Positions 1 to 13,500 of a stretch of DNA of 64,000 nt are shown piece by piece. Within the stretch, counting starts at the first letter, position 1. Each line of letters begins with the position of its first letter. Origin of the DNA: Chiloscyllium plagiosum. Its lineage: Eukaryota. The notes beneath the pieces were generated by a model. That model was not told where the DNA came from. It saw only the letters and a list, made by a program, of their open reading frames with translations, and ran no database searches. The position numbers and the translations under genes were made by a program. The stretch covers positions 26,477,688 through 26,541,687 of the forward strand of contig NC_057718.1 in assembly GCF_004010195.1 (NCBI RefSeq), in the 5' to 3' direction.

Positions 1-440
1 TCCTAATCCAAACCTCCAACTCATCCTCAATGCCATATCTCCGTATTTTCTGCAGTAGCCTACCATGGGGAACCTTGTCAAACGCCTTACTAAAATCCAT
101 ATATACCACATCTACCGCTTTCCCCTCATCAACCTCCTTCGTCACCTTTTCAAAGAATTCAATCAGGTTTGTGAGGCACGACTTGCCCTTCACAAAACCA
201 TGCTGACTATCCTTGATCACATTATTCCTATCCAGATGTTCATAAATCCTATCCCTTACAATTCTCTCTAAGACTTTGCCCACAACAGAAGTGAGACTCA
301 CCGGCCTATAGTTACTAGGGTTATCCCTACTCCCCTTTTTGAACAAGGGAACCACATTTGCTATCCTCCAGTCTTCTGGCACTACTCCTGTAGACAAAGA
401 GGACATAAAAATCAAGGCCAATGGCTCTGCAATCTCCTCA
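1..440 (-). mobile_element. CR1-type LINE ORF2 (reverse transcriptase) fragment, cut by the window edge
   Basis: The reverse strand encodes CR1 RT motifs such as VYMDFSKAFDKVPHGRL and NYRPVSL, homologous to the copies at 9759-12096 and 34385-37917. Confidence 0.85.
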
Positions 441-849
441 TTTTAATTAGGATTAAACCTCATTTTGGTCCAAAGGGCCTATTCTGTGCTGTACTTTTCT
501 ATGTTCTATATTGGAATGTGTGTTTTCTATGAGGACATCAATCATTCAAGTTTTCACTGAATAAAAACAGGATGCTTTTGCTGAATTACCTGCTTTTACG
601 AGCAAGTAATATGCACCCAGTAGCAAATGGGTACACTGGTATTTGTGCACTTGGAGGGAAAATTTTGTTCTCAATCCATGTTCTTGCCAATCTGTACCTT
701 CACTGTGTCACATTTTCCAGATGAAATATCAAGCTGTTGAGAGTGGAGTGGGGGAAGCTGTGCTGGAGGTCAGTCAAAAGTAGTTAAGAGTCTTGATGAT
801 AATTCAAGCGATTAACTTGATTGGTTTTTAAGTATTTTGGGATGTACTA

Positions 850-1790
850 ATATACCTAGCAACGCAGCCTTGACAGCCCTCTGCGGTAAAGAATTCCATA
901 GATTCACCACCTTGAGACAGAAGAAGATCCTTCTCTTCACTGTTTTAAATGAGAGACCCCCCAAGCTCCAAGATTATTCCCTCTGGTCCTAGACTTTCCC
1001 ACAAGGGGAACCATATTGACCTTGTCAGCCTCCTAAGAATCTTGTATGTTTCAATAAGGTTACTTCTTATTCTTCAAAACAGCAAACAGAACAAGACCAA
1101 CCCACTCAACGTCTCCCCATAAGAAAATCCTTCCTTACCCAGAATCATACTGAGTGAGCATTCCCTGGACCATCCCAGAATATCTTTGTTTAAATAAGGG
1201 GACCTAAACTGTCTATAGTATTCCAGGTGTGGTCTGACTAGCGCCTTGTCTCATTTTAGAAAGACATCACGGTTAATATACTCCATTGAGATGAAGGTCA
1301 CATTCCATTTTCGTTCCCTACGACCTGCTGAACTTGGATTTTAGCTTTTCATGATTCATGGATATGGACTTCCAAATCCCTCTGTGCTGCAGCTTCCTGC
1401 AGTCATTCTCCAATTAAATAATATTCAGATCTTTCACTCTCCCTGCCAAAGTGCAAAACATCACATTTTCCCACATTATATTCCATCTGCCAAGGTTTTG
1501 CCCATTCACTTAACCTGTCTATAGCCCATCGTAACTCCTTGTCTCATCCTCACCACTCTTTCCCCACATGTTTTTGTGTCATCTGCAAACTTGGTGATAA
1601 TACCTTCATTTTCTTTATCCAAGTCATTAATATATATTATAAATAATTGTCCCAACATTATTCCTGCGGCAGTCAACTAGTTGGCACCCTGAAAATGTCC
1701 CTTTTCCCAACTCTCCATCTTCTATTATTTAGCCAAACCTGTAACCATGTAAATATACCACCTCCAACACCATGGGCTCTCATCGTATTA
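850..1790 (-). mobile_element. Older degenerate CR1 LINE 3' portion
   Basis: The reverse strand has decayed KFADDTK and WQMEYNVGKCDV motifs and typical CR1 C-terminal sequence. Confidence 0.7.
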
Positions 1791-2711
1791 AGTGCCTATC
1801 ACTTTGACAGGAAGCAATATAACAGTCCTATAACTTGTAGTTGGTCTACCGGAGCAGATGGTAGGAGTCAGACATGCATACTTAGCCTTTTCATTAACAT
1901 TGTTTGTATGTAACCTTACCTTCAAAAAAATTATTGTTTCACAAATCCTTGTCATTTGATTGGTATGTTTGCATCAAGAGGAATAATCCATCTGTTGGTT
2001 GTTGTAACTTTAAGAATATAATTTCAAGCAATAAATTTCTTTTGGAGGTTCTAATGTGTTCCATGATTGAAATATAGAAAATAATTTCCTGAAAAACAAG
2101 AGAGATATAACAAAATAAGAATGAGGAGCAGGATTTGACCATATGCTCCTCAAGCTTGCCCCACCAGTCAATGAAATATGTTTCTTCTTTTACCACAGCT
2201 TCACTTTGCTGCTCTATACCTATATCCTGTGATTCCCTTCATATTTGTGGAGTCATTGATCTCAAACTTTCATATACTCAGCCAATAAAAGAGCAAGGAG
2301 ACCACTATGTCCACACATATTAATTGCCCAGGACCTTCTTGTTACACGCCACAAAAAAAGGTTCCTATAAATATCACAAGTGACCTATCTTTACTCTATG
2401 CAGTTCACAAGAGGAACAATCACCCAACATTTTACAGAATGATCTCCACACAAGTTAGAGGAAGAGTATCTGCCATCTGACATTGTACGGCCACGGATCC
2501 TTCTAATCCATCCCTGGTGACAAATGCCAGTTTGACCGGTCATTTGATGACAAGTCATGTAAATGTTGAAAGATACAACACCTTCATGATTTTAACTGTA
2601 CATAGAAATGCTCAGTTGAGAAACCAAGATAACTTTTCAATTCAAGAACTTTTTGTTAAAAGCATTCAGCATCTGTAGCATTTTGATATGTACTGATGGC
2701 CGTTAATTTGC

Positions 2712-2780
2712 GTGTGTCTGTGTGTGTGTGCATGTGTGTATATGTATATGTATGTGCATGTGTGTGTGTATATGAGAGAG
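2712..2780. repeat. Compound (TG)n/(TA)n/(GA)n microsatellite
   Basis: Visible directly in the sequence. Confidence 0.85.
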
Positions 2781-2904
2781 ATACAAGGAGCTGAAGGTCT
2801 TGCTTCTTCAGTTCTACACAGGTAATGTTGCTGAAAGTTTGTAATTTGATTTTATATTCTAGCCTTGGATTTTATTTAATTAGTAAAGCAATGTAATTTT
2901 GTAA

Positions 2905-3057
<153 letters not shown>

Positions 3058-3811
3058 TGAGATCTGTGGGCAGTTCTGCAACAGTTACATGTTTTATAGT
3101 ATTTTATCATCAATTACGTGCAAGATTCAAAAGCTTAGGTTTTCCACTGGGACATTATTTAAACATTGTTCAATATTCTATATTGGAATCCAGGTAATGC
3201 TGGTATTGACTGGCAATTATAGACTTGGCTAAAGTCACTTGTTCATCATCAGATGTTCCCCGGTGCATTTTCTGAAAGTATCCTCTCATACACTTTTTTT
3301 TGGGATTGTGGTGGAAGAATTCCTGTGTGCCCCTTCCATGGCCAGCAAGTTCTAGCATGGGTCTAAACCAAGGCTGCTGGCAAGGGGTAAAGACACCACT
3401 GCTGCACCATCAGATTTCCTCCTTATGAGATTCAACCTTTCTGATAAATGACTGAAGAGGCATCAAGACGCCAAACCAAAATGGAATGGAGTTGGGTGCA
3501 TGTGAAAATAAGTAAGTGATCTCAGCCAGATCACGAAATAATCCAAGTGTAAATCAAGTATTTTTCTTCAAAGAAAGTAAGTCATTAGGCTCACGTTTTT
3601 TTTGTTTGCAATGTGGACTCACTGCTTATCTTTTGCTCAATTTGTCTGATCCATTATCAGTTAATGGTTCTGTTTCTTCATTTGTGCCTGAGTCTTTAGC
3701 TTTCTATCCCCCTCTGTGCCTCCTTGTTAGCAAGTCTATTCCCTGTCTTTTTGTCTCCATCTTTATCTCACACTTTGTTTCTTTTTTCTGTCTGTTCCTC
3801 TCTCTACACAG

Positions 3812-3964
3812 TGACAGAAAGCCACGGGGAGGTTGAAATTGTGCTGCATTTAAATTGCAGCCACTGTGAACATAATGACTGTGTATTTGACCATATTAAA
3901 GAAGAACTCATCTGTTTGTGTGAATCAGGAAAAATATTGGCTTCTGACAGTGTTACCTGCATTT
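3812..3964 (+). CDS. ALK: ALK exon 18 equivalent, EGF-like domain: VTESHGEVEIVLHLNCSHCEHNDCVFDHIKEELICLCESGKILASDSVTCI
   Basis: Long polypyrimidine tract and CAG acceptor, GTGAGT donor, 153 bp. Six EGF cysteines with ALK spacing. Confidence 0.95.
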
Positions 3965-4368
3965 GTGAGTATCAGCTTTGAGATTTTTTTTTCCAATCCC
4001 TTTTCAGATTTGTCCTGAATAACATATATTTAAACATCATCATTATTAAAAACACTTCAACTTATTTTCTGGAAGAGTAGATACATGGCACTCATGTTAC
4101 TCTTTGCTGTGGCAAACAAATTGCTGCTGAACGCTGATGTTTCTTAGATGTGAAACACTGAGCAGAGCATTAACCCACACAGTCGAACTGAAGACTGAGT
4201 GCAGCTAAGAATGACTCAGAGTTGTGAAGAACTCTGCAACGAATAGCACTAAGCACTTGCGTACAGATTCATTAAATAGGGCTAGGATGAAAACATGGAA
4301 GACAAGCATTGAATGAAATAATTTATTGCTTTCCGAGGAGTTTTCTTATCATCTTTCTTCTTTGCTAG

Positions 4369-4467
4369 TACCCCCCGAGGGCCACCTGCCACTCTCCCTT
4401 GTGCTTTCGGTCGTGTTGTCGGTTGTGGTAGCTGCCTTGCTTCTCGCCTTCTCAGGAATCATGATTG
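4369..4467 (+). CDS. ALK: ALK exon 19 equivalent, transmembrane helix: [33 protein letters not shown]
   Basis: TAG acceptor after a pyrimidine tract, GTGAGT donor, 99 bp. Matches human [28 protein letters not shown]. Confidence 0.95.
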
Positions 4468-5051
4468 GTGAGTTGGAACATGGTTTGTGTTGAAATATGA
4501 AAGGACCCCTTTTTCTCATCTACCAAGTTAAATCCTTTCTATCCATGTTTCATTAAGAGCTACCTAGGCTTGTGAAATCGCCTCGGAATCCGGTGAATGG
4601 CAGAGTTGTTCCGAGAAAGCTCTGTGTCTCCTCCTCTACTGACAAGCTGGTGCTTTCGATCTCTTGCAAGCACTTGCCACTTTTCAATGTTTCCTGCTGT
4701 TTGTAGCTGAATTACAGCTGCCCTTTAAGGTTGCCTTTAAATGCTAGCAGAGACCTACTCAAGGAAGCAGGAAGAAAGAGGCAAGGGAGATCAGCAAAAA
4801 GAAAATACTGTGGTTCTAGCTTGCAGTCAAGATCCCATTTACCCACATGAGAATCTAGCGAAAGTTTCAGATCTGATGGCAGAGGAATGGTATACAATGT
4901 ATAAAATGTTAACTGTATTTTAGATAGCAGCTAAAATTGAGTTTTTTTCAGCACTTTTGAATTTTTACTTCATTTAAAACCTTGCCTTATTATGAGTTGA
5001 TGCATTCTTCTTTAAGTATGGTAACTAGAGTATCATAGATAATTACACTAA

Positions 5052-5255
<204 letters not shown>

Positions 5256-6483
5256 TGAGTCAGAGAAAAGCTAAAGCCTTGAATGTGGGTTACATTATTT
5301 TTACTTAATATTTTCAAAGTTGCTCAGTTTCACTGCCTGAACTATTGAATATTTCTCGCGTTTTCTGTTTTCATTTCAGATTTTCAGCGTCCACAATATT
5401 TTGCTTCTGTTTTTAAAATACGCTAAACGTGAAGCTGGGAGGAGCAGTATTGCTGGCCATTTGTGTCTCATCCTAATATAGCTGAGATCTGCTTTGACCC
5501 TTATAGTTATCCCAGTGATTCATCAAAGGCAGAATTTCACTTGCATCTCTGAATGGTTTCTCAGGCAGGGAAGTCTGTAAGATGTTTCCTGTTTCTGATC
5601 CCCCATCACTGGCTTGGCTGCCATTTTCTGGCCTGTGATTTGTGCCTCCTTCAGAGGCCTCCTTTTCTGATCATATATCCCCAGCCCCTGCCAATTACTG
5701 CTTCACTCCAGACACTCCTGACTTGTGTAACAACACTCTCGCTTCCCCAGGGCCTCCTCTCCTGGCTCTGGTCAGAATACACTTCATCTCTTGTCCCACA
5801 CCCACTCATCTGTGGTCCCCAACTTATCTGTAACCCAGTTCCAGACTCTTCTGTGTCAGGGAATGCAATGTAATCCCAGGAGTGCTCCCTGCTCCTGTTG
5901 GCATTCCTCGGTCAATGAACTCTTGGATGTTGGACTTCATTTTCACATGGGGATGTTAAATGATTTTTGAGGGGACCGAACATATCCATCATCTGAAAAA
6001 TCCTGCCTCAGATTGGTTAATCTTTGCAGTTCTCTTGATCAATGAAGTCCAAGATCCAATACAAAAAGAGCTACAAGCCTTCCTCTCTATGTCATTGTAA
6101 CAATTTCAAATCCCAAATTAACTACACCTTAATTTCCTGGTCAATGTAGTGCAGACATTGAGGGGAGTGGAAATTAAAGGTAGGTCCTCATTTTTTAATA
6201 CTGTACTCAGTTCTAAACACCAATAGGTCAGTAGTTGAAGGGCATAACATTTGCAAAATATTCAAAAGAACAGAAAAAAAAGAAAGAAAATGTATTTTTA
6301 ACCTCATTTGATTATTAGGTCATGGATTGCGTTACCAGACACAATGTGGAAATAGAATCTGTAGCACCTTTAAAACAAAACCAATAAATATTTGTAACAT
6401 GAAAAAGAAATTGCATCGACATGGGTGAAAGGCACAGTGATGAGCCAAGATGGCTTCCCTTTTCAGAAAGCTCACTGCTGCAG

Positions 6484-6770
6484 GCAGCATGGTGGCTCTG
6501 TGGTTAGCGGTGTTGCCTCACAATGCCAGAGACCTGGGTTTGATTCCATGGCTCAGGTGTCTGTGTGGGTTTCCCCTGGATTCTCCATTTGCCTCCCAAA
6601 GTCCAAAGATGGGCAGGTTAGGTGGATTGGCCATGGGAAATTGCCTACACTGTTCAGGGATGTGCAGGCTAATTGGATTGGCCATGGGTTATAGGGATAA
6701 GGCAGGGAGGTGGGTCTGGAAGGGATGTTGATGGGCTGACTGGCCTGCCCCCACACTACAGGGATTCAAT
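6484..6770 (+). mobile_element. HE1-like tRNA-derived V-SINE (diverged)
   Basis: tRNA-like head GGTGGCTCTGTGGTTAGC...GGGTTTGATTCC, V-domain core TCCAAAGATGGGCAGGTTAGGTGGATTGGCC and a CR1-like tail. Confidence 0.8.
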
Positions 6771-7855
6771 GTATGATAGGTAGACCAATGTGTTTATGTG
6801 TTGCACAATCCTAGGTGTATATACTTCAAAAGAATCCATTATTGTTAGCTGTAATTGGTTAAATTTTTACTTTGTGACTATCATATTAGGTTTAGGCTAC
6901 CTAATTATTTGATTATAATATGTATAATATTGGCTTTAGAGAAATGAATCTCAACAGGAAAACTGTATGCTCATTCAGTTTGGATCCCCTAATTTCCAAA
7001 GTTTTCTTCTTATTCTGGTAATCAAGAGTGACACTCTATAGGAAATGGAGGACAATAGCTTATGTTAGAGAAATTCACCTCTGGGACAATAACAATGTCA
7101 CTATTTAACTGACACATGCCCAAGTAAGTAAGCACACAATGCCCTGACCAGGGGGGGCTGAAACAGCAGAAAAATACCAAGTTGAAAAGAATATAAAGAG
7201 AAAACTGAGCACTGTGATGAGAAGAATTACTTTGTGAAAAGCTTTTATTTCTTATACTATCAATAAATTCTGATTATTTGTCAACTTTAGTCATAAGTGA
7301 ATATTTGTAAATATCTGCAGGGCAGGTTCCTGAGTTAATGTGAATATTTGCAAGCTCCTGCTTGGATAATCTGATGTTAAATGCAGAGGCATGTGCAATC
7401 CACTCTGAATAATTCAATAATTTCTTAAGTTTAAACAGCCTGAAATACCCAAGAATATGAACTAAACATGTAAAATAATAGCAAATCAAAAACTTACTGG
7501 TAAAAATTGAATGATCACATTGTTTAAATTAAATGATTGAATTCAGGGTAGTCGACTATAAATACCCCTGTGCTGATGCATGTGTAATTAAACCTGTCAA
7601 GCACTTTCATTCAAAAGGACACATTCTTTTCCCTTTACGATTTGTGACTTTTTGGCACAATATGCTTTAAAATTAGAAAGACCTTTCTTTATTTAAATAG
7701 TTTAAAACCTGATTCATTCTTATGTTCACAAATCACAACATTTACTCAATGATGATTGCCTTATTATAATAGAAGTGAGTGTACAAGAGGGATTGCAATA
7801 ATTGATTCTTTTAGAGCTTGGAGATGCTGTATTAGTTGAAAATGGTTGGTGTTGA

Positions 7856-7978
<123 letters not shown>

Positions 7979-10067
7979 TGATTTCCATTGGTGTCTTTAA
8001 TCACATGTTAATTTTCAAGTGGTGTTGAGCTATATTCTTCATGTATTGCAGCTTTTTTTCTTGATAAGTATCACTGAAACTTTGGAGAAATTCGGTCCCA
8101 ACATTTTTGCCTCCAAAGCACTGCTGAGCAAAGGGGTCTCCTCAACTGAGGGCTAGCAGGAAACCCCACCCCTATGGAGGAGACCCAACAGCATCAAGTG
8201 CCCATCAAGCACTAAGATGGACACGGCCCAGGTCTTCCCACTATTGAGGCCCTGGTTGATGGGGCTGCCAATACGAGTGGGAGCACGAGCAGCTGATGGT
8301 AAGGCCCAGAAGCAGAGGTGAGCGAGGGCAAGATTGGGATGTCAGAGTGAAATTTGTGGTTACCATGTATGTAGGAGGCCAAAGCAAGGAGGTGGATTTC
8401 AGTTGCACGCCCCTCCTACCTGATGCTGGCTGGTTCCCTCACAAAATCACAAAGAGTTTGATAATGTGGGACCTTTGCTGAGGGCCATTTAATCAGGGCA
8501 GATTTTCCCACCACTGAGAGACTGACACACGGCCTCTCACATGATTACATGAGCCCAGTCATCATGTTTCCTGCTTTATTCCAGTCCTTAGCTTTTGTTG
8601 CAATGCATCATCTCATTTGTGCCTGTGAGATTACATGACTTTTCTAATTCCTGTCCCTCCATACACACAAGCACAAGGAATTTGCCCAACCCCTCTCCTT
8701 GTCAAAGGACACTTTAAAAATACGAAGCTGCTTGAGAAGGCAATAGGAAGTCAGCTTATTCTGATTCTGTCTACCATTCCATTCCCTTTCGGGGAAAATG
8801 ACAAGTCAAACACTGTGGGAAATGTTTTCGAAAATTAATCTTGAGGAGTCAGATGGTACAATTGTACAATTTCATGTGATGACTTCTGTTCATATTACAT
8901 TATGGCATCAGCCAATGTTGATGACTTCAGCTTTCTCTTGTATACTCAACAACACATGTAGCTTCCTCACAGAAATGTTTAACAGTTGGACATGATTTCT
9001 CTCTCCTTATAATGTGATTGCATGAGTTATTGTGCAATTCCTTCACTGTAGGAAACTAGGATTGAATCCAGTAGAGACCAATAGGAAAGTCCAGCGGGAA
9101 AGGAGAGTATGATGAGGTTGACAAAGAGATACATTGTTGCAGACAGAGGAAAGGGAGCTTCAGTCTGCATCTAATCAGACTACTTAATGCTTGACGTGGA
9201 GTTCCCGAAACAGTAAAGATATTCTATTTCACTACCACTGACATCTTCATGATTATCAACTCAAATCTTCACTCGATAAGTGTACCATTTTCCAAAAGCA
9301 GTGACTGTTTTAATTTATCAGCTAAATAAACAATTACCCATAAAAACATCAGTTCTTAACTACAGAAATGGTGTTTACACAGTCTACAAATTACAGGGGG
9401 AGGTGGTATTCTCAACAAGAGAAGTCCATCTTTTATAAACAAAACTGATTAATTATTCAATGCAAATGATCATTTAAGGAAAAGTATGGTGCAACCACAG
9501 GGGATGTTTGGAAGTCTCTGGATGGATGAATTAAGCGGAATGGTTTTCCTCGTCTGTAATTAACATGTGATCCTGTAGTGATTGTAATAGATCAGCCTGG
9601 TGAACTTCATAGAATGTGAGTTCCCTGATTGGAGCTGTTACTCAGACATCCTGTTCATTCTGACAGGTGGCTCTGAGCGACCTAAATCAGTGTCAAGGAC
9701 TCTCCATGTATAAACAAAAGGTGACTTGGTGACAGGATACCAGCCTGTGTGGAGTTATAGAGTCATAGAGTCATAGAGATGTACAGCAAGGAAACAGACC
9801 CTTTGGTCCAACCCGTCCATGCCGACCAGATATCCCAACCTAATCTAGTCCCACCTGCCAGCACACGGCCCATATCCCTCCAAACCCTTCCTATTCATAT
9901 ACCCATCCAAATGCCTCTTAAATGTTGCAATTGTACTAGCCTCCACCACATCCTCTGGCAGCTCATTCCATAACGTACCACCCTCTGCGTGAAAAGGTTG
10001 CCCCTTAGGTCTCTTTTATATCTTTCCCCTCTCACCCTAAACCTATGCCCTCTAGTTCTGGACTCCC

Positions 10068-10171
10068 NNNNNNNNNNNNNNNNNNNNNNNNNNNNNNNNN
10101 NNNNNNNNNNNNNNNNNNNNNNNNNNNNNNNNNNNNNNNNNNNNNNNNNNNNNNNNNNNNNNNNNNNNNNN
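10068..10171. other. Assembly gap (104 N) inside the CR1
   Basis: Run of N. Confidence 1.
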
Positions 10172-11454
10172 GAAAAGCATACCAAACGCCTTCTTCACTA
10201 TCCTATCTACCTGTGACTCCACTTTCAAGGAGCTATGAGCCTGCACTCCAAGGTCTCTTTGTTCAGCAACACTCCCTAGGACCTTACCATTAAGTGTATA
10301 AGTCCTGCTAAAATTTGCTTTCCCAAAATGCAGCACCTCGCATTTATTTGAACCAAACTCCATCTGCCACTTCTCAGCCCATTGGCTGATCTGGTCCAGA
10401 TCCTGTTGTAATTTGAGGTAACCCTCTTCGCTGTCCACTACACCTCCAATTTTGGTGCCATCTGCAAGCTTACTAACTGTACCTCTTATGCAGCATCCAA
10501 ATCATTTATGTAAATGACAAAAAGTAGAGGACCCAGCACCGATCCTTGTGGCACTCCACTGGTCACAGGCCTCCAGTCTGAAAAACAACCCTCCACCACC
10601 ATCCTCTGTCTTCTACCTTTGAGCCAGTTCTGTATCCAAATGGCTCGTTCTCCCTGTATTCCATGAGATCTAATCTTGCTGATCAGTTTCCCATGGGGAA
10701 CCTTGTCGAACACCTTACTGAAGTCCATATAGATCACATCTACTGCTCTGCCCTCATCAATTCTCTTTGTACTTAATCAAAACACTCAATCAAGTTTGTG
10801 AGACATGATTTCCCACGCACAAAGCCATGTTGACTATCCCTAATCAGTCCTTGCCTTTCCAAATACATGTACATCCTGTCCCTCAGGATTCCCTCCAACA
10901 ACTTGCCCACCACTGAGGTCAGGCTCACTGGTCTCTAGTTCCCTGGCTTGTCCTTACCTCCCTTCTTAAACAGTGGAACCACGTTAGCCAACCTCCAGTC
11001 TTCCGGAACCTCACCCGTGACTGTCGATGATGCAAATATCTCAGCAAGAGCCCCAGCAATCACTTCTCTAGCTTCCCACAGAGTTCTCTGGTACACCTGA
11101 TCAGGTCCTGGGGATTTATCCACCTTTAACCATTTCAAGACATCCAGCACTTCCTCCTCTGTAATCTGGACATTTTGCAAGATGTCACCATCTATTTCCC
11201 TGCAGTATATATCTTCCATGTCCTTTTCCACAGTAAATACTGATGCAAAATACTCATTTAGTGTCTCCCCATTTTCTGTGGCTCCACACAAAGGCCGCCC
11301 TGCTGATCTTTGAGGGGCCCTATTGTCTCCCTCGTTAACCTTTTGTCCTTAATGTATTTGTAAAAACCCTTGGATTCTCCTTAATTCTATTTGCCAAAGC
11401 TGTGTCATGACCCCTTTTTGCCCTCCTGATTTCCCTCTTAAGTATACTCCTTTA

Positions 11455-11590
11455 TGCCCTCATTCCTGAAGAAGGGCTTATGCCCGAAATGTCGATTCTC
11501 CTGTTCCCTGGATGCTGCCTGACCTGCTGCGCTGTTCCAGCAACACATTTTCAGCTCTGATCTCCAGCATCTGCAGACCTCACTTTCTCC
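11455..11590 (+). mobile_element. Penelope-like element terminal (pLTR) fragment inserted in the CR1, carrying a hammerhead motif at 11466-11493
   Basis: Same sequence as the PLE termini at 22785, 42500 and 54060. Interrupts the CR1 with CTCCT on both sides. Confidence 0.8.
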
Positions 11591-12399
11591 TACTTCCTTT
11601 ATACTCTTCTAAGGATTCACTCGATGTATCCTGTCTATACCTGACATATGCTTCCTTCTTTTTCTTAACCAAACCCTCAACTTCTTTAGTCATCCAGCAT
11701 TCCCTACACCTACCAGCCTTTCCTTTCACCCTGACAGGAATATACTTTCTCTGGATTCTCTTTATCTCATTTCTGAAGGGGTCCCATTTTCCAGCCGTCC
11801 CTTTACCTGCGAACATCTGCCTCCAATCAGCTTTCAAAAGGTCTTGCTTAATTCCGTCAAAATTGGCTTTTCTCCAATTTAGAACTTCAATTTTTAGATC
11901 TGGTCTATCCTTTTCCATCACTATTTTAAATCTAATAGAATTATGGTTGTTGGCCCCAAAGTGCTCCCCCACTGACACCTCAGTCACCTGCCCTGCCTTA
12001 TTTCCCAAGAGTGGGTCAAGTTTTGCACATTCTCTAGTAGGTACATCCACATACTGAATCAGAAAATTGTCTTGTACGCACTTAACAAATTCCTCTAGTT
12101 ATTTCAGATCCCATAACAATGAGCAAGTTAATGAGGTTAAAAACCACAAAGCACATGCCAGATAGCCAATGCAGTGTTTAGGATAAATAGCAGACAATAA
12201 AAGTCATTGCTAACACTGCAGTGCAAAGAAATCTTTGAGACTTGAATGGTGCCCAGGTTTTTAAAACTGATTGCTTTTTACTGCAGAGAAGTAAGTATTC
12301 AGAAAAAGTGCTGAAAAAGATACAGTCACAGGAAAAGCCAGTAGGACATTTTGCTGGGATTTGTAAACTTACATTGGAACCTAAACAAAAAAGAGAATC

Positions 12400-13500
12400 T
12401 TCTAAGGGCTAGTTATTTTTATAAAAGAATTGTTTCACACTGTGTATGAGATGGGAAGCTATGACTATAATAGTTTGGCTGAAATGTTTTCCACGATTAT
12501 CAAAACTGAAGAGAGTTCAGATCCCAAGTTGCAACAAAGTTCAAGACGAGCAAAGAGACAGCAACTGAACCATCTGTATGACTTGAGATGGGATGTGTAA
12601 TGATAGATAGAAAGTGGAAGTATCTGCAATTGAATTGAGTCAAATTACTATCCAGTACATTGAATAATCATCTACCCCAAATTCAAGTCTTCCATTGAGG
12701 GACAAGGTTGAACAAAAGGTCCCACACAGAATCACCAGCATCACTAAAGGGTATCACTTCAAGCAAGGATGTACCTCCAGGGATCGCAATTGAGGAAATG
12801 ATCAAGCTGGTTTAACCAATAACACTGAGCGAGAAGGAGATATCTCAAAAAATACCAAAGAAGTTGAAATAATAAGTCGACCTACTTTAGCATAGATCTA
12901 TTGACACAATGAGAACAACATTCCACTGACTCATATTGAAGATATGGAGCATGCAACTCCATGGAAGATACCATTAAGAACAGACAAATGTACACGAATC
13001 TAAAGCACACAAAGAATAAAACTTACCCACCAAAGCCAGGATTATACCAACATCTATTAGGATAAACAGACAGCTCTAAAACCCCTCCCTTAAGGAACAT
13101 ATGAATTTAAAGACCTTTTGGTTTTTTGAGAAAGCTATAAACCTCAGATCATCTGGAAGATAGTCCAAGTCAAAAAAACTGCTACCCAACAAACAACCAT
13201 TCTTTTGAATCTGAAGAAAACACAGTATTGGAGAATTGTGAAACCTCCAGATTGGCAGAGATTGGATATTGGTAAGTGTAGAACAGTTTAGTCGTTATGA
13301 GGTGAAAAGATTTGGGGGAAGGTGTTATAAATGAGTCTGAAGGCATTTATACTTGATTAAGTCAAAACAAAGAAGGAACCTATAGGAGACAGAGCTGGGG
13401 TTAGTGTGAGCTGAACAGTCTGTGTCATAATGTAGTTTTGTTACAATAAATCAATAAATTTTGCACTGTATGCTGACCAATACTTTTTTAGTTACATCTG
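12400..13500 (+). mobile_element. Probable decayed LTR retrotransposon 3' region with polypurine tract and LTR
   Basis: GGGGGAAGG polypurine tract directly followed by TGTTAT at ~13314-13328, AATAAA downstream and a possible end at GTTACA (~13496). No clear protein motifs. Confidence 0.35.

Larger units (their letters stand above)
9759..12096 (-). mobile_element. 5'-truncated CR1 LINE (HER1-like) with fragmented endonuclease/RT ORF2
   Basis: Minus-strand ORFs with [39 protein letters not shown] and WQMEF motifs. (CTCTATGA)n 3' tail and AGTTAT target duplication. Confidence 0.95.
9583..12106 (+). mobile_element. Short solo LTR (9583-9758 plus 12097-12106) split by a CR1 insertion
   Basis: TGTAAT...ATTTCA termini once the CR1 is removed. 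AGTTAT is duplicated at 9753-9758 and 12097-12102. Confidence 0.55.
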
